Below are positions 62,725-64,000 of a stretch of 64,000 bases of DNA, piece after piece. Numbering within the stretch: the stretch's first letter is position 1; each line of letters opens with the position of its first letter. The position numbers and the translations under genes were made by a program. The notes under the pieces are model-generated. The model did not search any database and was not told the origin of the DNA. It saw only the letters and a program-made list of their open reading frames with translations. Source of the stretch: Paraphysomonas bandaiensis (lineage: Eukaryota; Protista; Chrysophyceae); assembly GCA_965644295.1 (NCBI GenBank), contig CBFFRP010000147.1, positions 1 to 64,000 on the forward strand, in the 5' to 3' direction.

Positions 62725-64000
62725 CTACTTGTATGTCATGACTCCGTCTTCTAGTCTACCAAAGTAGAACTCAAATATGTCAGCAAAGTAGTTTTGATAA
62801 TATCTCCATGGGGATCGTCTACCCTGTTTCGGGAAGAGGTGAATAGCCCGTTGTATATAACCAGAAGACAAATCAATAAGGTCTTCTCCTTCGTCTTGAG
62901 GGCTTTCTCCCTTACGATTACCATACACTGGGCAGCATTTTCGAAATCCTTTGCGGTCCATATATTTCAGGAGCCGACAAACATATGTACCGATCAGATC
63001 AACCTTGAGTGTGAACGTAAGGTTGGTATAACCGACAGACAGTACAAAGTTGGGCACACCACCAATCATTACACCCTTGTACATGAATCGCTTGTTCCAG
63101 TTGTCCATACGCTCTCCGTCCACATATACCTCCGCTCCACCTCCAACCTTAACGTTTAATCCTGTCGCCGTCACTACAATATCCGCTTCAAGTTCCACTG
63201 CCTCAGCGTCTGGAGAGTCTATATCCCGTACTTGCACACCGCGCTCTGTGAAAGTATCAATGGTCGCGGTTACTACGCTGGCTCGCTTGCTTTTAATTGC
63301 CTTAAAGAGATCCCCATCAGGAACCAAGCAGAATCTCTGGTCCCAGGGTTTATACCTAGGAGAAAAATGTTTTTCCGCGTCGCAATCCCGCCCTACCTCT
63401 CTCTTCACCCCAGATACTATCAAACGCTTAATCGTCCCAGGAAATGTCCGGCAAATGTGGTAAAACAGTGTCCCAAACAAAATATTTTTCCACCGGTTGA
63501 GGAAGTGGGCGATGGAGTGGGGCAGGTACTTCACGAGAAAGTTTCCCACAGGGTCTTCAGACGGCATACTGCCAATATATGTAGGAGACCGCTGGAGCAT
63601 CGTGACATGTGCCGCAGTTTTGGCCATCTCAGGCACTAATGTAACAGCAGTTGCTCCACTGCCAATCACTATCACACGCTTATCTTTGTAGTCCAGAGAC
63701 TCTGGCCAATGCTGTGGGTGCACAATAATGCCCTTGTATTGTTCGCTGCCCGTGAATATCGGCGAATAGCCGGCATCGTAATCGTAGTATCCTGTGCACA
63801 CAAACAGAAATCGACATGTGTACAATATACGGTCGCTGGTATCGTTGGAACCGGTGCGCGTAGTTTCTACAGTCCACAGGCAGGTAGAGCTGTCCCAGGA
63901 CATACGACGCACCATAGTATTCATGCGGATATGCTCCTCAATATTGTACTTCTTAGCTGTCTCTTTTATGTACCTGAGGATCGACTCGCCATCGGCGATT
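62725..64000 (-). CDS. Flavin-containing / Baeyer-Villiger monooxygenase, EthA-like (5' end outside window)
   Basis: CTGYY.Y..GY.P, fingerprint YKGIIVHPQHWP, GSGATAVT, LQRSPTY, PWDQRFC..PDGD, ATG. Confidence 0.9.
   Translation of the reverse strand, partial: IADGESILRYIKETAKKYNIEEHIRMNTMVRRMSWDSSTCLWTVETTRTGSNDTSDRILYTCRFLFVCTGYYDYDAGYSPIFTGSEQYKGIIVHPQHWPESLDYKDKRVIVIGSGATAVTLVPEMAKTAAHVTMLQRSPTYIGSMPSEDPVGNFLVKYLPHSIAHFLNRWKNILFGTLFYHICRTFPGTIKRLIVSGVKREVGRDCDAEKHFSPRYKPWDQRFCLVPDGDLFKAIKSKRASVVTATIDTFTERGVQVRDIDSPDAEAVELEADIVVTATGLNVKVGGGAEVYVDGERMDNWNKRFMYKGVMIGGVPNFVLSVGYTNLTFTLKVDLIGTYVCRLLKYMDRKGFRKCCPVYGNRKGESPQDEGEDLIDLSSGYIQRAIHLFPKQGRRSPWRYYQNYFADIFEFYFGRLEDGVMTYK

Overview
Eukaryotic nuclear DNA with compact genes and short (mostly 45-130 nt) GT-AG introns; a stramenopile/chrysophyte-like protist is my inference, not a proven assignment. 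Host genes: a Q/S-rich protein (3' part only), an MFS transporter, a DysF-domain/CaMK fusion, a GOLD/coiled-coil protein, xanthine dehydrogenase, a Wee1-like kinase, RPN11, a TLDc protein, an F-box/LRR-like protein, TRAP1 and an EthA-type flavin monooxygenase. A 3-exon 112-aa gene missed by the ORF track is also plausible. The intergenic DNA is rich in mobile and repeated sequence: a very young 5293-bp Copia with identical TG...TA LTRs, a decayed second Copia family, an internally deleted hAT, 75-bp hAT-type MITEs, a 1.16-kb (TGTA)n tract, and a 44-unit modular satellite. An AT-rich intronless trypsin-like protease gene has its 3' half duplicated as a near-perfect inverted repeat. The best candidate for an undescribed system is a ~0.5-kb non-coding element (about 10 pieces here) with signs of target-primed retrotransposition (10-14 bp TSDs, 5' truncations, (TA)n tail). 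Its fixed 5' end can be hand-folded into an atypical HDV-like double pseudoknot; ribozyme activity is a hypothesis only.
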